Source: a virus
Lineage: Duplodnaviria; Caudoviricetes
Virus record (IMG/VR): IMGVR_UViG_3300037400_005963
Location: 32,001 to 96,000 of that record
Reading direction: 5' to 3' (one strand)
DNA length: 64,000 bases
Below are positions 29,649 through 39,628 of the stretch, piece by piece. Both the position numbers and the translations under genes were made by a program. The notes under the pieces are model-generated. The model was not told the DNA's origin. It saw nothing but the letters and a program-made list of their open reading frames with translations, and searched no databases. The stretch's first letter is position 1, and each line of letters opens with the position of its first letter.

Positions 29649-32597
29649 TTATTTCTTGAAATTGAGCCAAGTAGCTAATGTGTCTTCTGAGTCTGAGAAA
29701 GATTTCTCAGTAAACTGAGCTTCCTGAAGGTCTGGCTCTGCATCCTCTGCAGGAGCGGCTTTAGCTTCCATAATAGTAGCGGCAGCTTCCTCTGCAGCAG
29801 CCTTAATACTTTGAACAGCGGCAAGAGCTTTATCCTCTACCTCTTCTACAGTATGAGCAGCTGGAGCAACAGGATTACCGTTCTCGTCTACTTCTGCAGG
29901 TGCCTGAGCAGAAACTTCTTCAGCTGGAGCCTGTGGAGCAACAACGGGTTGAGCTACGGGAACAGCAACTGGTTTAACTGGAGCAGCCTGTGAGGCTTGT
30001 ACATCAGCAAAGAACTTATCTAAGGTAGAATAGTGCTTCTCCTCAGATTCATAATTGTTCCACTCCTCTTTTGAAATGAAACCATCATGGTTCTTGTCGA
30101 TTCTATCAAACTCATCAGTGCTCTTACCAGCTTTTCTCCACTCTTCCTTAGAAATTTGACCGTCCTTGTCCTCATCAACCTTGTCAAACTTATCTTCATC
30201 AACGTCTTCCTTATCCTCTACGGCAAGGTCTTCAGTCAACTTGTCAGCTTCCTCCTCAGAGATCTTAGTGAGTTCCATATCCTCTTCATCCTTAAGAACT
30301 GCCTTGGTGAATTCGCCAGTTTCTTTATCTTCTACTACAGCAGTTTCTGAATCTACTGGAGTAATTACTTCAGTATCATTCTCAATCTGCTCACCTTCCT
30401 CGATAGCCTTTTCAATTTCCTCTTGATCAGCTTCCTCAGAGAAGATTCTTTCCATGTAGGCAGTAAATTCCTCACCTTTAGAGAAGAATCTGGTTTCAGC
30501 TTCGTTACAGAAACTGTATTCCTTTTCCTCTTCCTTCTCGTCTTCATCAACGTCTTCCTTATCCTCTACGGCAAGGTCTTCAGTCAACTTGTCAGCCTCT
30601 TTCTCTGATATCTTAGTGAGTTCCATATCGTCCTCATCTTTAAGGACGGCTTTAGTGAATTCACCAGTCTCTTTATCTTCTACTACGGCAGTCTCAGCAT
30701 CTACTGGAGTAATTACTTCAGTGTCATTCTCGATCTGTTCGCCATCCTCAATAGCTTTTTCGATTTCGTCCTGATCGGCTTCCTCAGAGAAGATTCTTTC
30801 CATGTAGGCAGTAAATTCCTCACCTTTAGAGAAGAATCTGGTTTCAGCTTCGTTACAGAAAATACTGTATTCCTTTTCCTCTTCCTTCTCGTCTTCATCA
30901 ACTGCACTATCCTCATCAACTGCAATATCCTGAGTTAAGTTCTCAGCTTCTTCTTCACTAATTGGATGAACATTGATAGTATCTTCGTCAATGATCTTAA
31001 CCTTAGAGAAATCACCGTTCTCTTTATCTTCTACAACTGCAGTCTTAGAGTCAATTGGGGTAATGATTTCAGTGTCAGTCTCAATTTCATCTCCATTTTC
31101 GATTGCATCCTCGATTGCATTTTGTTCAGATTGCTCATTAAAGAGACGTTCCATGTAAGCATTTATTTCCTTACCTCTAGAGAAGAATTTAGTTTCAGTC
31201 TCATCACAGAAAACACTGTATTCTTTTTCTTCCTCATCATCTTTGGGGCACTCACATTCAGCCTTACCACACTCTGGGCAAGTTTCTTCCTCATCATCAT
31301 CTGCGAGAGGCTTAAACTCGTCTGACTCTACCTCCATTACTTTGAGGTCACTGGTAAGATCATCAAACTCTTCTTCATCAATCTGCTCAAGGCGAACATC
31401 ATCACCTGAAATAGTAGCCTTGGTAAACTCATCATTTACTTTATCCTCTACTACTGCAGTCTGAGCATCGACTGGAGTGATTATTAATTCATCTGTTTCA
31501 ATCTCATCTCCCTCACGAACAGCATCCTCAATTTCATCTTGAAGATCAGAAATTGAATTAACTGCGTCAGAGAATAATTTGCACATAACGGCAGTATTAT
31601 TCGAGAAAATTCTAGTTGCAAATACTGGTGCACCTACAAAATCCGAATATTCCTTCTGAAGCTCTGGTTCCTCTTCAGGATCAACATTGGCACCAAGACC
31701 ATCAATTAAACGCATGGCATAATCACGAGCATCTTCTTGATTATCAAAAATCTCAACTGCATCTACACCATCCTCAGTTAACTGATTTTTAAGTTGCTCT
31801 GCGCTATCTTCGTCGTACTCCTGAGCATCAACAATAATGTGATCGTAAGGTTGAACACCAACTACAAAGAGGGGCATGTAACCTTCTGGAGCATCTTCAT
31901 TGCTAAAATTCTTGCTATCTAATTCAGTTACAGTCATATCATCATCATCTAAAACAACCTTTGCCTGATCACCAGTAGTTTCATTGGTAACCACTACAGC
32001 ATTGTCCTCATCTTCTAGTTTTTCAATCTTAAGATCACCTACTTTTGCAGTTTCCTCTGATTCAATTACCTCAGAGAAAATTCTTTCGCAGAACTCCTGA
32101 TCACTAAAGATCTTGCTAACTACAGCATTGTTTGTTATTACGCTAAACTCTCTCTCCTCATCCTGATGTTCTTCATCAGTTTCAACAATAGACTTCTCAT
32201 GACCTGCTTCAGGATTGAGACCGCCGCATTCTAGATTAGGAGAAATAACGCAACCTTCTTTGAAATGGTCTTCTACATGTTCGTCAGGAGCACCAACCTG
32301 ATTACCCTCATGAACTCCATCCTCTGACGGGTGAAGGAACTTTTCCAGTTGTTCATCCGGAACAGCGATCAAGTCATAGGTATCAGCTTCGTCAGTAGCC
32401 TTCTGAGCAATAGTAACTTCACCATTTTCCTTGTCGGTAATAGCAACATCGCCATTGTCGTTAGCTCTTTCATATCTTACTTCTTCGGTATCAACTACGC
32501 CATTTTTCTGTGCATTCTTGATATCGTTATCTACTTGATTAGCCAGTTCTTCGTCTTTATTCGAGAACATGACTTCCATAAATCTTGTTAAAGCCAT
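29649..32597 (-). CDS. Acidic repeat protein, putative prohead core/scaffold
   Basis: Between protease and capsid genes; very D/E-rich; ~117-aa repeats; ~17 [KR]x[FY]S sites; EF-hand pair. Confidence 0.7.
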   Translation of the reverse strand: MALTRFMEVMFSNKDEELANQVDNDIKNAQKNGVVDTEEVRYERANDNGDVAITDKENGEVTIAQKATDEADTYDLIAVPDEQLEKFLHPSEDGVHEGNQVGAPDEHVEDHFKEGCVISPNLECGGLNPEAGHEKSIVETDEEHQDEEREFSVITNNAVVSKIFSDQEFCERIFSEVIESEETAKVGDLKIEKLEDEDNAVVVTNETTGDQAKVVLDDDDMTVTELDSKNFSNEDAPEGYMPLFVVGVQPYDHIIVDAQEYDEDSAEQLKNQLTEDGVDAVEIFDNQEDARDYAMRLIDGLGANVDPEEEPELQKEYSDFVGAPVFATRIFSNNTAVMCKLFSDAVNSISDLQDEIEDAVREGDEIETDELIITPVDAQTAVVEDKVNDEFTKATISGDDVRLEQIDEEEFDDLTSDLKVMEVESDEFKPLADDDEEETCPECGKAECECPKDDEEEKEYSVFCDETETKFFSRGKEINAYMERLFNEQSEQNAIEDAIENGDEIETDTEIITPIDSKTAVVEDKENGDFSKVKIIDEDTINVHPISEEEAENLTQDIAVDEDSAVDEDEKEEEKEYSIFCNEAETRFFSKGEEFTAYMERIFSEEADQDEIEKAIEDGEQIENDTEVITPVDAETAVVEDKETGEFTKAVLKDEDDMELTKISEKEADKLTEDLAVEDKEDVDEDEKEEEKEYSFCNEAETRFFSKGEEFTAYMERIFSEEADQEEIEKAIEEGEQIENDTEVITPVDSETAVVEDKETGEFTKAVLKDEEDMELTKISEEEADKLTEDLAVEDKEDVDEDKFDKVDEDKDGQISKEEWRKAGKSTDEFDRIDKNHDGFISKEEWNNYESEEKHYSTLDKFFADVQASQAAPVKPVAVPVAQPVVAPQAPAEEVSAQAPAEVDENGNPVAPAAHTVEEVEDKALAAVQSIKAAAEEAAATIMEAKAAPAEDAEPDLQEAQFTEKSFSDSEDTLATWLNFKK
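30200..30902 (-). repeat. ~350-bp near-identical tandem duplication inside the scaffold gene
   Basis: Two copies of DEDEKEEEKEYS..FCNEAETRFFSKGEEFTAYMERIFS...LAVEDKEDV; more diverged copies upstream. Confidence 0.85.
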
Positions 32598-32599
32598 TA

Positions 32600-33400
32600 T
32601 TATTTATTAATTATTATTTGATTACCATTTAAAATAATTACACCATTATCTACCAAGATATCTATAATATTCTCGGGAGCATCTGGGTAACGATTTCTTA
32701 AGATATCCATGAATTGCTTAATTCCCATACTCTTATTTCCATATTCATAATGAAGATCAGAAATAATACTAGAATCTTCAACCCACGAAGTATCACAGAA
32801 CTGACTCTCACGTGGAATAATACCATGAGCTTTCTTAATTAAAATAATGCCCTTTTCTGGTATATTTCCTCCTGCTTCAAGTCGTTCAATTATATCGGGT
32901 TTTGGATAATTTCCTTCAACAATATCTTTGTCTAAGTCCATTATCTTAGTAACCTGAACTATTAATTTAGAAAAAGTTTTTTCCATAGCATATGCAGATC
33001 CAGAAATTTCTACTTTATCTCCCTGCATATTAGCAAAACCCTTTTCTAACATATATTCAGATTTATCACTGAATGTTTTTTCAAATTCAGCTTTTGTCAT
33101 TGATTTGCCTGAAAATTCCTTAAGACTTTTCTCATAAGGGCTAAGGAAAATGCTAAACTCTCTTTCCTCTGTTCTAACTGGTTCTGGTACCTGTGGCTCC
33201 GAGTAAGGAATAAACTTAATCCTCATCCTTGTTCCTCCACAGTTTGGGCAAATCATGTGAGAAGGGTGTTCTGCACTTTCAACCTGTGCGCCGCAGTCTT
33301 GACAAATTAAAGTTCTCAACTGCATTCCCTCTTCCCCATTTCTTTCCTCGGAGAATAATTTCTTTCGAGGAGTTGTACTAAATAATTTCAATCTTTTCAT
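32600..33400 (-). CDS. Zn-ribbon protein with multiple KxFS sites, probable prohead core component
   Basis: CQDC...CPNC; KLFS x2, REFS, KEFS, KTFS x2. Confidence 0.6.
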   Translation of the reverse strand: MKRLKLFSTTPRKKLFSEERNGEEGMQLRTLICQDCGAQVESAEHPSHMICPNCGGTRMRIKFIPYSEPQVPEPVRTEEREFSIFLSPYEKSLKEFSGKSMTKAEFEKTFSDKSEYMLEKGFANMQGDKVEISGSAYAMEKTFSKLIVQVTKIMDLDKDIVEGNYPKPDIIERLEAGGNIPEKGIILIKKAHGIIPRESQFCDTSWVEDSSIISDLHYEYGNKSMGIKQFMDILRNRYPDAPENIIDILVDNGVIILNGNQIIINK

Positions 33401-34656
33401 TCCTTTCCTTCCTCCTCGTTTTCAATGTTTTCTTCTACATCCAAGTTTTCAGGCATGGGTGAAGATCCAAATACTTCATCCACCATTGATTGTGTAAATT
33501 CTGTATATGCCTCTTGAAGTTTCTTCATGCGCATAGGACTGAGATAACCTTTTTTATTTATCTCAATCATTGCCATCTTATAGGGAATCTGCAACTTCTG
33601 GGCTGCTACTCTCACCTGTTTTCCTAAAGAACTGCCACCAATTAAAACATTGATTTGCTTTCCATTAGTTACATCACTAGTAATCTGTTTAAAAATATCC
33701 AAACAGTCAGATGTAAACATGGATTTTAAAATCCTAAGTTCTTCTGGATCCATTCTCTCTTGACCACCTAATTGTTTAACTAATTGTTTGTAGTCTAAGA
33801 AAAGACGACGGAATCTCATTCTTGGTGAGAATTTAGCAAAACGAAGTCTTTCTCTAACTGTTGCAGCAGAGAAGGTCTTTTCTTCCTCCACCTTCTCATC
33901 CGATACTTCCCCAATGAATTCTGCGCTACTATTTGCACTAAATTCCTTTGCTTTAAGGATTGTATATTTTCCTTCTATCTTACTCGACTTAGCAATATCC
34001 TGTACACCGAACTGAGAGAGATCTGAGAAAGTTTTAACCTTCATTCCTTCATATTTAACATCTTCATTTCCCTCAGAAAAAGTCCTAACTCGGTCCTCTA
34101 CATCGGCGATCAAGTTACCTTCATCATCCTCAACAGAAACAACCTGAGCTTTCTTCCAAGAAGGATTAAGAGTTAAATCGAATCCCTTTAGGTTTACCAT
34201 TTTCTTAAGAATATCTCCATTTGTTGTACTATCCCAATATCCTAAGATAACAGCAGAACATCCAATTAAGCAACCACTTGAGAGAAGTCCCTTGAGACGC
34301 TTAATATTCTCTGCTGCTTGAGTATCAAAATTCTTTTCATCTAAAGTTTTAGCATAAGCGTACAACCAACCATCACTACCACATTCAAGACCAGTGACAT
34401 AGTGAGTTGGAGCAGCTTCGCCAACAATTATCATCAAATCATCCTTTCCGACCGTCTTCGATACTGCCGGATTAAGATTTTTCGTACCTGTTCCCACGTT
34501 TCTAGGATAATGACTCATAGTACCAAGCATAGAATGAGAAGCTATGGCATTTTTATAAGTCTCTGTTGCCATAAATTGCTCAACTATCTCTCGGCTTATC
34601 CTACTAGAATCACTTGCGGGTTCATTAAACGAAAGAAGTTTTACTTTAAATTGCAT
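33397..34656 (-). CDS. Prohead maturation protease (T4 gp21-like) with C-terminal extension
   Basis: LGTMSHYP...PTHYV...LKGLLSSGCLIGCSAVILG...FDLTLNPS parallels gp21-family motifs; position between portal and scaffold. Confidence 0.75.
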   Translation of the reverse strand: MQFKVKLLSFNEPASDSSRISREIVEQFMATETYKNAIASHSMLGTMSHYPRNVGTGTKNLNPAVSKTVGKDDLMIIVGEAAPTHYVTGLECGSDGWLYAYAKTLDEKNFDTQAAENIKRLKGLLSSGCLIGCSAVILGYWDSTTNGDILKKMVNLKGFDLTLNPSWKKAQVVSVEDDEGNLIADVEDRVRTFSEGNEDVKYEGMKVKTFSDLSQFGVQDIAKSSKIEGKYTILKAKEFSANSSAEFIGEVSDEKVEEEKTFSAATVRERLRFAKFSPRMRFRRLFLDYKQLVKQLGGQERMDPEELRILKSMFTSDCLDIFKQITSDVTNGKQINVLIGGSSLGKQVRVAAQKLQIPYKMAMIEINKKGYLSPMRMKKLQEAYTEFTQSMVDEVFGSSPMPENLDVEENIENEEEGKE

Positions 34657-34748
34657 ATCTTTGTATGAATTATATCATTAAACAACCTGACTGCTAAGTA
34701 CTATATTTAGTCTTAATCTCGCTAGCCAGTAAATCTTTTTTATTTTGG

Positions 34749-34782
34749 TTCTATATTCTCCAAAGTCAAGGGGAATATAGAA
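34749..34782 (-). terminator. Intergenic hairpin
   Basis: TTCTATATTC...GAATATAGAA. Confidence 0.5.
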
Positions 34783-34793
34783 AACTTTTAATG

Positions 34794-35234
34794 CTAAACT
34801 CTTTTCAATAAGCCTTGTGCAAGTGTCGATAATTTCGACTTTTGAAATACGGGTGCATTCGCCCGGACTGCATCAAGCTTGTTTTTTGCTCTATTCTCTA
34901 GCTGTTTTCTAGTTAAACCTAGTTTTTTTAAATTCCTCTGCCTCAAATTTTGTATTTGATATCTAGATTTTCCAGCTCCAGCATTTTCCAAACCTCTTTG
35001 TGCAATCCACCTTGATTGTTGTATATCACCCTTAATTAAATTGTCATTACTACGAAGACCTCCTTTAGATATCGTTTTATAAAAATCATTAGTAGCTTTT
35101 TGCTCACCACTAGCTATTTCCCGTACAGTAAAACGCGTATCCGGACTTTGTGCTAATACCCCAAGGGTTTTCCCCGGTTTATTTCTCATACGAGTTGCAG
35201 CGTTGCTAAATTCCTTATTTCTTAATATTATCAT
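34794..35234 (-). CDS. Leader-tagged highly basic protein
   Basis: Starts MIILRNKEFS. Confidence 0.65.
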   Translation of the reverse strand: MIILRNKEFSNAATRMRNKPGKTLGVLAQSPDTRFTVREIASGEQKATNDFYKTISKGGLRSNDNLIKGDIQQSRWIAQRGLENAGAGKSRYQIQNLRQRNLKKLGLTRKQLENRAKNKLDAVRANAPVFQKSKLSTLAQGLLKRV

Positions 35235-35368
35235 ATTTTTAATACCCCTCCTCTAAAGGAAATATCGGGGTGTTTTTATTATTAAACGTTTTATTTCATT
35301 GGATATCTCCCTCTCATTAAAGAGAGAAACTTTAAATTATAGTTTCGGGAGATATATAAACAAGAATA

Positions 35369-35893
35369 TTATCTTGCTTGGTTATGTCTGTACCATTTCT
35401 TCTTGAACTCGTCCTTAGACATTTCACCATCAAGCATAGCGAGACGATCAGCCTTTCTTGCATAGTAATCGTCATAAGTACCGCCGCCACCAGACTTGCG
35501 AATCTTATTTCTAAGTGCTCTGGCACCACGATCACCAAAATAGCCAGCAGCTGTACCTGCAGCAGCACCGCCCATAGCACCAAGAGCTGCACCAGACTTG
35601 CCACCAAGCGCGTGACCAATGATACCGCCATGTACTGCACCAACAGCGCCAGTAATACCACCACGAATTTTTGATGATAATTTACCTTTGCCCTTTTCTT
35701 TTGAAAGATGCTCACGACGTGCTTTACGAAGTTTCTTAATAGTGAGTGGGTTCTTATCTTTTACGTTTGCAATAAGATCTGAATAGTTCAATCCCTCGTA
35801 GTTATCTACAGAGTCTTTCTTTGTGGTAGAAAATAATCTCTCCTCACCATTCTCATCAAGAGCAACACTAAAAACTTTTCTTCTAATATACAT
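35369..35893 (-). CDS. Leader-tagged glycine-zipper protein
   Basis: Starts MYIRRKVFSVALDENGEERLFST; GxxxG array. Confidence 0.7.
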   Translation of the reverse strand: MYIRRKVFSVALDENGEERLFSTTKKDSVDNYEGLNYSDLIANVKDKNPLTIKKLRKARREHLSKEKGKGKLSSKIRGGITGAVGAVHGGIIGHALGGKSGAALGAMGGAAAGTAAGYFGDRGARALRNKIRKSGGGGTYDDYYARKADRLAMLDGEMSKDEFKKKWYRHNQAR

Positions 35894-35917
35894 AATTGAT
35901 TTGTTTAGTGGTTTAAA

Positions 35918-36352
35918 TTATTTCTTAAAAACTTTTCTAACGCCCTTCATGATCTTATCGGCAGGCTTTTGGAGACTCTTACCTTGACGCAACATCTTAC
36001 CTGCATCCTTAGAAACATTTTTCATCTTACCAGCAACCTTCAATGCTTTTTCCGCTAATTTAGGGTTGGTCTGAATTTCCTCAAGACGTGCTAATTCTTT
36101 AGAGGTCATACCCTTGACATCACGGTTCAGTAAATTAATAGCCTCACCTAATTGTTGTTTCTTAGCACCGATTTTCTTAGCTCCAGCAATACCAGCTGCG
36201 CCTACACCTGCAAGAGCTCCGGTAGCGATAGCAGCTTTCTTTCCCTTAGGAAGATCCTTCTTCTCTTTAGTAACTACTTCATTTGTAGAAAATAATCTTT
36301 CTTCACCATTCTCGTCAAGAGCAATACTGAAAACTTTTCTTCTAATATACAT
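35918..36352 (-). CDS. Leader-tagged basic protein with hydrophobic helix
   Basis: Starts MYIRRKVFSIALDENGEERLFST. Confidence 0.7.
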   Translation of the reverse strand: MYIRRKVFSIALDENGEERLFSTNEVVTKEKKDLPKGKKAAIATGALAGVGAAGIAGAKKIGAKKQQLGEAINLLNRDVKGMTSKELARLEEIQTNPKLAEKALKVAGKMKNVSKDAGKMLRQGKSLQKPADKIMKGVRKVFKK

Positions 36353-36454
36353 ATTAAATACACTGTTTAGTTGGGATCTTTTTGTTATATAAATTAAATC
36401 ATTTAGACCCTTATCCCAACTAAATTAAATCTATAATAGAGCCTAAATGAAAAA

Positions 36455-36919
36455 TTATCTTAAATTACTATTTACATTACTTCTTGGCATTCCAACAGGT
36501 TGAATTGCTTTTGGACGAGTTTTATATAAAGAGGTATTTTTAACACCTGCCTCGTTATTATTTCTATTCTCTTCCTTTCTTGCTTGAATTCTTGCTCTAT
36601 TTTGAGCATCCTTCTCTTCCTGCTCCATCTTTTGCATCTGAACCATACTCCTTCGTCTAGATATTTCATCCTTAAGTAGAAGCTGAGACTTTTGATGCTG
36701 AATTTCAATCTGTTGTCGTCTGAGCCTAGCCTGCTCTAACTGAAGGTCTCTCATAGTTAGTTCACCATTGTTGGTATCCCCAACCATTTGCATTTGCTGA
36801 GGATTATTAACTTGAGTAAGAGATGGATTCTTCTGTTGAGCCTGAGCCATCATCGACTGTTCTTGAACAGTTCCTGGGAGAGTATTAACGGCAAATAATT
36901 TACTTCTCTTTATTAACAT
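36455..36919 (-). CDS. Leader-tagged Gln-rich coiled-coil protein
   Basis: Starts MLIKRSKLFA. Confidence 0.6.
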   Translation of the reverse strand: MLIKRSKLFAVNTLPGTVQEQSMMAQAQQKNPSLTQVNNPQQMQMVGDTNNGELTMRDLQLEQARLRRQQIEIQHQKSQLLLKDEISRRRSMVQMQKMEQEEKDAQNRARIQARKEENRNNNEAGVKNTSLYKTRPKAIQPVGMPRSNVNSNLR

Positions 36920-37190
36920 CCTCTTTTTCCTCCTTTAATCTCTTTTTGAGTTTATGATGAGCATAAGAAGAGACACCTGCCACGCCTAAACCTGCTAGAG
37001 CTGCTGGACCGAGAACTTTATTATGGTGAAGAGTTTTTGTATTTCCCTTAGATTTTAAATACAAATTCATTAGATGCGCTCCACCTGCTATCCCTCCGGT
37101 TGCATACCCGGCAGTTTCAAGGTTTCTAGTTAAATCGAGAAGTTCTTCCCTTCTTTCCCTCTGTTTCTCTTTATCTCTCTTTGTTATCAT
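36900..37190 (-). CDS. Small protein with two Gly/Ala-rich hydrophobic segments
   Basis: Starts MITKR; AGYATGGIAGGA and VLGPAALAGLGVAGV. Confidence 0.6.
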   Translation of the reverse strand: MITKRDKEKQRERREELLDLTRNLETAGYATGGIAGGAHLMNLYLKSKGNTKTLHHNKVLGPAALAGLGVAGVSSYAHHKLKKRLKEEKEDVNKEK

Positions 37191-38875
37191 ATACGTTCTT
37201 CTTCATTTGGTGGAATTAACGTGCTAGGATCAATTCCCTGTTGTTCGCACATTGCACTAAATTTCGCCTGAGCAAAATTAGAGTACATTGTTATAGTTTC
37301 ATCGGTTATCATAGATTCCGTGTTTGGATCGATATCTTTTATTAATCCTTGAATATAACCTAAAAATGATTTTGGATCAATTAAAGGAGTAGCTGCCTCC
37401 ATAACTTGAAGTGCGTTAGTTAAGATACCAGAGATTCCATTAACAAGACCTGATATTGATTCGCTCTGATTGATTTGATTGTTATACTCAACACTAGTTT
37501 TCTCTGATATATGAAGCTGAACACGACCTGGATCTAAATCATCATTATAGAGAATTTTATAAAGATTAATCACCAAATCCTGAACCGACTCTTTTATACC
37601 TACCATAAAACCAGTCACCCTAGAATTAGCTCGTTCTGACTGTTGAAGAATTTGCCATTTCGAACCACTAGTAGAATCAAGTATAGTAGCAGGTATTCCT
37701 AAAGGACTAAGAACCGCAGCTCTACAATTATCAAGAGACTGCATTATATCTAAAAGCTTGTCCGATAATTTGTCTAAGGGAAGCATCGAATTCTTATTTC
37801 CCATAGTTGCATTATAGTCGGGTACAAACTTAGCGGATTGAGATAATGCATTCTCAATAAAAGAGATTGCATCAAACTGGCTTGTTAAGAAAGAGGCTAG
37901 TTCATTTGTATTATTTGCTAACTTAGTAGTTCGAGCACATAGTTCCTTTGCTGTTTCCAAGGGAACTGATTTATCGAACTGAAGTAGAAATAGTTGCGTT
38001 GAACTAAGATCACGAAGAGAAATAAGTGATACTAAGAGCTCTTTTATAATTAACTCTTTTACTTTTAATATTAATGAGTAAAATAAAGGTTCTCCAGCAC
38101 TATATGAATGCTGACTAAGTACTTTTTTTCTATTCGAATTATCTTCCTTCTTTCCAAAAGTCGGCTTTATCTTCTTATCTTGCTTGTTCTTTTCATCCAA
38201 ATCATTAATCAGACGAAGACTGTTTGATCCTAAATTGAAAGCTTCCTCTCTGGGGATTTCATAAATTTTTCCATCTTCTCCCCTGGCTAGGTAAGACTCC
38301 TCCATTTCACCATCTTTATTCCTAGTCTTCTTAGTGACAACAGAAACAGGATCATATAATTCTTCTAATCTAAACTTAAGATGCCCCAGTTCATCTCTCG
38401 ACTTCAAAAGCATCCCAGAGTATTGACCATAGAACACCATCTCTTTTACGTGATCTCTAATATAGGTCAATATATTTAGGTCTTTTATTAAGATCTCATT
38501 AATTCTTTCCGTCTTAGCTTCATCCTGATTGCCTTCCTCATCAACTATTGTAATTAACTGTTTTCCATTATCCTCTAAGAAATTAATTACATAATCAGTA
38601 AAGAAATTAGTGGCTAGCTTAACAACATCTAATAATTGATAACCCTTTAATTCATCAACTCTCTCATAATAGAGGGATAAGAGGTTCGAGGGAGAAGATG
38701 AACCTAATAGTGGACTTCTTCTGTTACCTTGTCCCCACTTTCCCGCTCCACCTGTAGAACCTATCTGAGAGTATCCACCAGATCCACGAAATATGTTAGA
38801 CCTAAGTGGGACTCTGGATGCCCCTACTGCGAAAGAGCCGAATATTTTTTGAAATATTCCTTCACTTTTCTTCAT
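37187..38875 (-). CDS. Portal protein (T4 gp20-like)
   Basis: 562 aa between terminase and protease; EMVFYGQ, GEPLFY and VLSPLGIPATIL resemble portal motifs. Confidence 0.75.
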   Translation of the reverse strand: MKKSEGIFQKIFGSFAVGASRVPLRSNIFRGSGGYSQIGSTGGAGKWGQGNRRSPLLGSSSPSNLLSLYYERVDELKGYQLLDVVKLATNFFTDYVINFLEDNGKQLITIVDEEGNQDEAKTERINEILIKDLNILTYIRDHVKEMVFYGQYSGMLLKSRDELGHLKFRLEELYDPVSVVTKKTRNKDGEMEESYLARGEDGKIYEIPREEAFNLGSNSLRLINDLDEKNKQDKKIKPTFGKKEDNSNRKKVLSQHSYSAGEPLFYSLILKVKELIIKELLVSLISLRDLSSTQLFLLQFDKSVPLETAKELCARTTKLANNTNELASFLTSQFDAISFIENALSQSAKFVPDYNATMGNKNSMLPLDKLSDKLLDIMQSLDNCRAAVLSPLGIPATILDSTSGSKWQILQQSERANSRVTGFMVGIKESVQDLVINLYKILYNDDLDPGRVQLHISEKTSVEYNNQINQSESISGLVNGISGILTNALQVMEAATPLIDPKSFLGYIQGLIKDIDPNTESMITDETITMYSNFAQAKFSAMCEQQGIDPSTLIPPNEEERI

Positions 38876-38964
38876 AAATTTTCAGTATATATTTTACATT
38901 TAGATATCTCCCCCTCATTAAAGAAATAGTCTCTCAGGACAGGGAGAATATAGTTTATTTTTTG

Positions 38965-39075
38965 TTATTTTCCAAACTCACTGAGTCTCTTCTTAGCGTC
39001 TTCAGCAATTTTCTCTTTTGTCTTGAAATCCTCCACTTCTTCCGTGAAAGTTTTCTCTTTTAATTTTCCACACAT
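38965..39075 (-). CDS. 36-aa ORF with leader-like EKTFT
   Basis: Hand translation MCGKLKEKTFTEEVEDFKTKEKIAEDAKKRLSEFGK*; fills the gap between two structured elements. Confidence 0.45.
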   Translation of the reverse strand: MCGKLKEKTFTEEVEDFKTKEKIAEDAKKRLSEFGK

Positions 39076-39154
39076 ATCTTTAAAACTTTATTTATTAGTT
39101 TCTGGATCCCCATTTAAGGGAGAACTCTAAGAGCTCGTCCAGAATTTTCTTTAA

Positions 39155-39412
39155 TTAGCCCTTTGCATATACAAAAGAAAGGATAATTAAAAGGCTAACT
39201 ACAATACCAACAGCTGAGTAAATTACACTACCCCAACTGAACTTAGCCTGTGGGTTTCTGGCATCTGCAATGATATCAGCAACTTCTGCTGAAATGCCAC
39301 TACCCAAAACAGCTACGATACCACCTGCAAGGCCGCCACCAGTATGAAAACCAATTACGCCCCAAAACAGGGTAAGTACGAAAAATACAAGTGCTCTTAA
39401 AATTCCGCTCAT
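39155..39412 (-). CDS. Small membrane protein (2-3 TM), holin candidate
   Basis: 85 aa with three hydrophobic stretches; no endolysin recognised in the window. Confidence 0.45.
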   Translation of the reverse strand: MSGILRALVFFVLTLFWGVIGFHTGGGLAGGIVAVLGSGISAEVADIIADARNPQAKFSWGSVIYSAVGIVVSLLIILSFVYAKG

Positions 39413-39421
39413 AACTTAAAA

Positions 39422-39628
39422 TTATTTATTATTATTAAATTTATTAGCATGATAAGCCGCCAAAGCTTTCTCTGCACTTTCCTTGCTAGAATACTTTGGT
39501 TGCCACCACAGCTTTCTATCTATTGCAATAATTCCCCAATTTCCATCGGGTCTTTTTTGAACTACCCCATCATTTTTTGCCTTTTCGAGATCCTCTTTGC
39601 TGACGGGAAGCCTTCTTTTTACTAACAT
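39422..39628 (-). CDS. Small hypothetical protein with partial leader
   Basis: Starts MLVKRR. Confidence 0.6.
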   Translation of the reverse strand: MLVKRRLPVSKEDLEKAKNDGVVQKRPDGNWGIIAIDRKLWWQPKYSSKESAEKALAAYHANKFNNNK

